Positions 14,670 to 18,949 of a DNA stretch of 18,949 bases are shown here, piece after piece. Source of the stretch: Kineosporiaceae bacterium (GTDB taxonomy: Bacteria > Actinomycetota > Actinomycetes > Actinomycetales > Kineosporiaceae); assembly GCA_031400005.1 (NCBI GenBank), contig JANNPJ010000444.1, positions 1 to 18,949 on the forward strand. The letters are read 5' to 3'. The translations under genes were made by a program, and so were the position numbers. Under the pieces are notes generated by a model that was not told where the DNA came from, made no database searches, and saw nothing but the letters and a program-made list of their open reading frames with translations. Each line of letters starts with the position of its first letter. Position 1 is the first letter of the stretch.

Positions 14670-15847
14670 TGACCTTCACGCAGGAGATTTCGCACCTGTC
14701 CCCACCTGCTGCGCCCCCCGCTTCCGGGGCGTGGCAGGTGGGGGACCACCCCGGCGACCGGCGGTTCGTCGACATCGGTGACCTTGCGCTGGAGCGCGGT
14801 GGCCGACTCGACGCCGTCCAGGTGGCTTACGAGACCTGGGGGCAGCTCTCGCCCACCGGTGACAACGCGGTTCTGGTGCTGCATGCACTGACCGGCGACA
14901 GCCATGTCGTCGGCGCGGCCGGTCCCGGACATCCCACTGCGGGGTGGTGGGACGAGCTGATCGGCCCGGGCCGTCCGTTGGACACCGACCGCTGGTTCGT
15001 GGTGGCCCCCAACGTGCTTGGAGGCTGCCAGGGCACCACCGGTCCATCCAGCCTGGCCGCGGACGGCCGCCGGTACGGCGGTCGATTCCCCTACCTCACC
15101 GTGCGCGACCAGGTGGCCTGTGAGGTGGCGCTGGCCGACGAACTCCGGATCGATCGCTGGGCGTTGGTCGTCGGCGGGTCGATGGGCGGGATGCGGGCGC
15201 TGGAGTGGGCGGTCACTGAGCCGGACCGGGTGGAGCGGCTCTTCGTCCTGGCCTCGACGTCGGCGGCCACCGGAGATCAGATCGCCTGGTGTGCCGCTCA
15301 GTTGGCGGCGATCCGAGCCGACGGGGCGTTCAAAGGCGGGGACTACTATGGCGCCGAGCCGGGCAACGGTCCGCACCTGGGGCTTGGAGTGGCCCGGCGG
15401 ATCGCTCACACCACCTACCGGTCCGAGCAGGAGATCAACCTTCGGTTCGGCCGGTTGGCGCAACCCGGTGAAGACCCGCTGGGCGGGGGCGGTCGGTTCG
15501 CGGTCGAGTCATACCTTGATCATCATGCCGAGAAGCTGACCTACCGGTTCGACGCCAATTCCTACCTGGTGCTCACCGAGGCGATGAACTCGCATGATCT
15601 CGGCCGCGGGCGGGGAGGCACGGCGGCGGCGCTGAGCCGGGTTACCGCCCGAACCGCGGTGGCCGCGATCGAGTCCGACCGGCTCTACACGCCGGACCAG
15701 AACGCCGAGATCGCCGCCGGGATCAAGGGCTGCGCCGGGCTGCGGGTGGTTGCCTCACCGTATGGGCACGATGGATTCCTGGTGGAGGTTGAGCAGGTTG
15801 GCGAGATCCTGGCCGAGTTGCTCACCGAGGACGCCATCGACACCTGA
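14669..15847 (+). CDS. metX: Homoserine O-acetyltransferase (MetX/MetXA, alpha/beta hydrolase fold)
   Basis: 392 aa. Family signatures are ...AVLVLHALTGDSHV..., the nucleophile elbow GGSMGGMRALEWAV, and ...YGHDGFLVE. The start ATG overlaps the metY stop (ATGA at 14666-14669), which is typical metY-metX translational coupling. Confidence 0.9.
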   Translation: MTFTQEISHLSPPAAPPASGAWQVGDHPGDRRFVDIGDLALERGGRLDAVQVAYETWGQLSPTGDNAVLVLHALTGDSHVVGAAGPGHPTAGWWDELIGPGRPLDTDRWFVVAPNVLGGCQGTTGPSSLAADGRRYGGRFPYLTVRDQVACEVALADELRIDRWALVVGGSMGGMRALEWAVTEPDRVERLFVLASTSAATGDQIAWCAAQLAAIRADGAFKGGDYYGAEPGNGPHLGLGVARRIAHTTYRSEQEINLRFGRLAQPGEDPLGGGGRFAVESYLDHHAEKLTYRFDANSYLVLTEAMNSHDLGRGRGGTAAALSRVTARTAVAAIESDRLYTPDQNAEIAAGIKGCAGLRVVASPYGHDGFLVEVEQVGEILAELLTEDAIDT

Positions 15848-15867
15848 GCGTTGACGAAGGCCCAGCG

Positions 15868-15971
15868 TGGTGGCTGGGCCGGGGCCTGGTGGTTGGGCAG
15901 GTCTGATGGGTGGGCCGGGTCTGGTGGCTGGGCAGGTCTGATGGGTGGGCAGGTCTGATGGGTGGTTGGCG
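15868..15971. repeat. Degenerate G-rich tandem repeat, 18-20-bp unit (GGTGG[C/T]TGGGCAGGTCTGAT) in about 5 copies, filling the convergent metX/NUDIX spacer
   Basis: Read directly: ggtggctgggccggggcct / ggtggttgggcaggtctgat / gggtgggccgggtct / ggtggctgggcaggtctgat / gggtgggcaggtctgat / gggtggttggcg. The plus strand carries many GGG runs. The metX stop is at 15845-15847 and the NUDIX stop at 15972-15974. Confidence 0.65.
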
Positions 15972-16487
15972 TCAGCGGTCCGAGGGTCGACGTTCGGCGT
16001 CCGTTGCGTCGGCGTCGGCCAGGGCCTGGTCGATGCTCTGCCGTAGCGCCGGCCAGGTCGCTCCGAGGCCAATATGCAGCGGTAGCGACGGCACGTCGTC
16101 CAGGTCTACCCAGCGCAGTTCGTCGCTCTCCGGCGTGACCGGTCCCACCGTCAGGCCGGCATCGGCCAGCGCCAGCACGTAGGTGTAGGACCAGTTTCCG
16201 AGGTCTACCCCGGTTTGCGAGCTGAGCACGGTGACCTGAGAGGCGTCGACACCGGCTTCTTCGGCTGCCTCGCGCAGTGCCGCCTCGGCTATGCTTTCGT
16301 GGCTGTCCCGGGCACCCCCGACCAGGCCCCAACTGCCTCCTTGGTGGGTCCACCCGGCTCGCAGTTGAAGCAGCACCTGTGGTCGTGGGGAAGTTCGCAG
16401 CAAGGCCAACCCAGCCGCACCGAAGCGCCCCCAGTGTCGGTGGCCGCTGCCGGAGTCCACCCATCCGTTGCCGTCGCCCGTGGCCAT
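15972..16487 (-). CDS. NUDIX hydrolase (MutT-like)
   Basis: 171 aa. The Nudix box is GGARDSHESIAEAALREAAEEAGV (Gx5Ex7REuxEExGu). Confidence 0.75.
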   Translation of the reverse strand: MATGDGNGWVDSGSGHRHWGRFGAAGLALLRTSPRPQVLLQLRAGWTHQGGSWGLVGGARDSHESIAEAALREAAEEAGVDASQVTVLSSQTGVDLGNWSYTYVLALADAGLTVGPVTPESDELRWVDLDDVPSLPLHIGLGATWPALRQSIDQALADADATDAERRPSDR

Positions 16488-16555
16488 GCGTTCACCGTAC
16501 GTTCTGATAGCCGCAGCCTGTGTGGTGGGGTAACGTCCCAGGCTGGGAGGTTCCT

Positions 16556-17008
16556 ATGCCAGTACTCGTCGGATTCGTACCGACCCCGGAGGGCAGAGCT
16601 GCTCTTCGGCGAGCCGTCGTGGAGTGTCAGCTCCGCGATGCGCGTTTGATCGTCGTCAATTCTGAATACCGCTCGGCCGATTCCACGTCGGTGGACCCGT
16701 CCGCGGATGAGGTTCGCTCGGCGTGCACGGAACTTGGCGTGAGCGAACCGGAGTTCGAGGTCCACCGGATGCATGACGCCTATGAGCCCGCAGATCACGT
16801 GCTCGCCGTGGCCGAGGAGACCGAGGCCGAACTGATCGTGATCGGCCTGCGACGGCGTACTCCGGTCGGGAAACTGATTCTTGGTGGCAGTGCCCAGCGC
16901 ATCCTGCTTGATGCGTCCTGCCCGGTGCTCGCCGTGAAGGTCGACCAGCGCGTCGCCCGCGACGAGATCACCCTCCGCGGCACCCGCCTCCAGCAGCCGA
17001 CTCCATGA
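16556..17008 (+). CDS. Universal stress protein (UspA family)
   Basis: MPVLVGFVPTPEGRAALRRAV...LIVVNS...ELIVIGLRRRTPVGKLILGGSAQRILLDASCPVLAVK is the UspA fold, with the G-x2-G-x9-G(S/T) ATP motif region. The ATG at 16556 is preceded by GGGAGG 5 nt upstream. The track start at 16520 is unlikely. Confidence 0.8.
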   Translation: MPVLVGFVPTPEGRAALRRAVVECQLRDARLIVVNSEYRSADSTSVDPSADEVRSACTELGVSEPEFEVHRMHDAYEPADHVLAVAEETEAELIVIGLRRRTPVGKLILGGSAQRILLDASCPVLAVKVDQRVARDEITLRGTRLQQPTP

Positions 17009-17032
17009 GCGCGCCATTATGAGCGAGCCCGT

Positions 17033-17761
17033 GTGAGCGAGCCCGGAGGCGCGACGTCGTCTGGACCGAGGAGACGCAACCCCATCGAAGATGCGGGACG
17101 GTCGACGAGGGAAGTCCCCCACCCTGACGGGCGGGAGGTGCCCCCGTCCGTCATCAGCGCCGCAGGGCTCGCGAACAATCAACAGAGTCCGATTCGGCTG
17201 GCTCAGCAGCCGGCTGCGGATGAGTTGCTCTCTCGGGACCCGTTCGCCTTGCTGACCGGGATGCTTCTCGATCAGCAGGTGCCGATGGAGAAGGCGTTCG
17301 CCGGTCCTCGGCTGATCGCCGACCGGCTCGGCCTGGATGACCTCGACCCGGTGGTGGTCGCCCGGACCGATCCGGATGGTTTCACCGTAATCATGGCCGG
17401 ACCACCCGCCGTCCATCGTTACCCGCAGTCGATGGGGGCTCGGGTGCAGGCGCTGGCCCAGGTCATTGTCGAGAAGTACGACGGTGACGCCGCGACGCTG
17501 TGGACCTCGGTGACCACTGGTTCGCAGCTGTACCAGCGGCTCACCGAACTACCCGGGTTCGGGCCGCAGAAGGCGAAGATCTTCGTCGCTCTGCTGGGCA
17601 AGCAACTCGGCGTCCGCCCGAGGGGCTGGCGGGCGGCGGCTGGGGACTACGGCCTCAAGGGCTTCCGCTCGGTGGCGGACGTCGTGGACGACGACTCGCT
17701 GGTGAAGGTCCGAGAGACCAAACGAGCGGCCAAGGCGGCGGCGAAGGCCGTCACTCTCTGA
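17033..17761 (+). CDS. HhH-GPD superfamily protein (endonuclease III-like fold) with a low-complexity N-terminal extension and a Lys/Ala-rich tail
   Basis: DPFALLTGMLLDQQVPMEKAF resembles the first helix of the HhH-GPD/Nth fold. LPGFGPQKAKIFVALL is a helix-hairpin-helix motif, L-P-G-h-G-x-K-x-A. Canonical glycosylase catalytic residues cannot be verified by eye. The start is the GTG at 17033 and is uncertain. TGAGCGAGCCCG is directly repeated at 17018 and 17034. Confidence 0.5.
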   Translation: MSEPGGATSSGPRRRNPIEDAGRSTREVPHPDGREVPPSVISAAGLANNQQSPIRLAQQPAADELLSRDPFALLTGMLLDQQVPMEKAFAGPRLIADRLGLDDLDPVVVARTDPDGFTVIMAGPPAVHRYPQSMGARVQALAQVIVEKYDGDAATLWTSVTTGSQLYQRLTELPGFGPQKAKIFVALLGKQLGVRPRGWRAAAGDYGLKGFRSVADVVDDDSLVKVRETKRAAKAAAKAVTL

Positions 17762-18142
17762 CCAAGAGAGGTGGCCAAGCGTGTCGAACGACCCCGGATG
17801 GCGTCACGGCGTGCGAGCATACCCGTCGGCGTGCAACAATGAACAGTTGACTGGGCTGGGCCATAACATCACCAATGCAAACCGGGCATCATCGGGGCCC
17901 TTCCTGCGTTGAGTAACAGGCCCCCCTACTCATTTCCTACACCGTAGGACCACATCGCGTAGCGCTCCGAGAGCTTGTTGGCTCACGACGAAAGGTAGTC
18001 CGTGTCGTCGGTTCCGTCCCCCCGGCCTCTTCCCCCTGAGTTCGGGCACCCCGCACTCCAAGAACTTCTCCGCCTCGGAGCCACCCGAGGTGCCGTCGAC
18101 GCAGCTGCCGTCCGGGTTGCCTGCGAGGATGCGGCTGTCCCG

Positions 18143-18949
18143 ATGACCAGGATGCGCCCTGTCCTGAGAGCTCTAGACGACGCCGGCGTCACCATTGAGG
18201 TGCCGCAGGAGGCCTCCGCGAGGCGAGCCGTTGCGGCCACCGCTTCCCGGGTCACGGCCGCCACGGCCAAGACCCCGGCCAAGCCCAAGGCAGCCAAGCC
18301 GGCAACGGTGACTTCTCTGCCCGGTAGCGGCGACGAGCCCGGTGGCGAGGGCCCTGCTGCGGCTGCCGCCAAAAAGGTCGCAGCCGCCAAGAAGGCGCCG
18401 GCCAAGTCCGCCGCTCCCAAGCCGGCTAAGGCCGCTGCGAAGTTGGGTGTGGACGCCGACTCCGACGGGGTTGACGGCGAGCCGGACGACGTCGATGTCG
18501 AGGTTGAAGACGTCGAGGTTGACGTTGACGTCGACGCGATCGTCGCCGAGGTCGAGGTCGACGAGACCATCGTCGTCGTGGACGAGGCCGTCGTCGAAGA
18601 GATCATCGCCGAAGACGACGTCGCTGAGCCGGCCGTCGCCGTCGCCGCGATCAAGCCCAAGGAAGAGGAGGGTGCCTTCATCATCTCGAACGATGATGAC
18701 GACGCCCCCGCCCAGCAGGTGGTCACGGCCGGTGCCACTGCCGACCCGATCAAGGACTACCTGAAGCAGATCGGCAAGGTCGCCCTGCTGAACGCCGAGC
18801 AGGAGGTCGAGCTGGCCAAGCGGATCGAGGCCGGTCTCTTCGCCGAGGAGCGGCTGAACTCCGGCGAGAAGCTGGAGACCAAGGGCCGCCGGGAGATGAC
18901 CTGGATCGCCGAGGACGGTCGGCGGGCGAAGAACCACCTGCTGGAGGCC
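18143..18949 (+). CDS. sigA: Principal RNA polymerase sigma-70 factor (SigA/HrdB/RpoD), N-terminal part; CDS continues beyond the 3' end of the window
   Basis: An open frame (positions congruent to 2 mod 3) runs from the TAG at 17960 to the window end and is not listed in the ORF track. It ends with [38 protein letters not shown]...[21 protein letters not shown]. That is the near-invariant region 1.2/2.1 of actinobacterial SigA (M. tuberculosis SigA: [33 protein letters not shown]...[13 protein letters not shown]). Before it lie a Lys/Ala/Pro-rich segment and an acidic [16 protein letters not shown] region 1.1. The ATG at 18143 is one candidate start. A GTG at 18002 is also in frame. Confidence 0.85.
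   Translation, partial: [269 protein letters not shown]

Noticed and set aside
14513-15463. 316-aa minus-strand ORF antisense to metX
   Set aside because: MetX on the plus strand has clear family signatures and is translationally coupled to metY. This is an antisense artefact.
16289-17416. 375-aa minus-strand ORF spanning the NUDIX 5' part, the USP and the HhH-GPD start
   Set aside because: It overlaps three better-supported genes, two on the opposite strand and one in another frame. It has no motifs.
17983-18937. Two overlapping minus-strand ORFs (256 and 254 aa), plus the plus-strand 18342-18764 ORF, at the 3' end
   Set aside because: The real gene here is sigA in the third plus frame, open to the window end. 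The minus-frame translations are Ser/Thr/Ala or Gly/Asp/Leu low-complexity mirrors of the sigA acidic and Lys/Ala repeats.
1-18949. CRISPR arrays, insertion sequences, integrases, prophage or defence-island content
   Set aside because: No array of regularly spaced identical repeats exists. No ORF has transposase DDE, integrase tyrosine-recombinase or phage structural motifs, and no tRNA is present as an integration anchor. The gene content is core chromosomal (sigA, metYX, pfp, ABC-F). The repeats present are short intragenic or intergenic tandem repeats.

Overview
This is an 18.9-kb high-GC segment, by my estimate about 68-70% GC, with codon bias typical of an Actinomycetota chromosome. It is mostly core genes. 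In order: the 3' end of an M20 peptidase (+), an ABC-F ATPase (-), a YccF-like membrane protein (-), a PPi-type phosphofructokinase (-), a YghZ/Gpr-type aldo-keto reductase (+), a tightly coupled three-gene minus-strand operon SPFH/band-7 -> Arc-type RHH -> GPP34/GOLPH3-like, an alpha/beta hydrolase (-), a GGDEF diguanylate cyclase with intact I-site (+), a matrixin-like zinc metalloprotease (+), a DUF4192-like protein carrying two in-frame tandem-repeat tracts (+), a SAM-IV riboswitch followed by metY-metX (+), a NUDIX hydrolase (-), a universal stress protein (+), an HhH-GPD family protein (+), and the N-terminal ~270 codons of the principal sigma factor SigA/HrdB running off the 3' end (+). 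I found no rRNA, tRNA, CRISPR array, transposase, integrase or recognisable defence genes. The most system-like candidate is the SPFH-RHH-GPP34 operon with palindromes in its promoter. Other loci worth a second look are twin perfect DnaA-box 9-mers upstream of the DUF4192 gene, a G-rich tandem repeat in the metX/NUDIX convergent spacer, a 16-bp perfect inverted repeat just past the yccF stop, and the G-rich GGGATGG x8 repeat inside the DUF4192 gene. The many long antisense ORFs in the six-frame track are high-GC artefacts. All family assignments rest on my reading of motifs and recall of family consensus, not on database searches.
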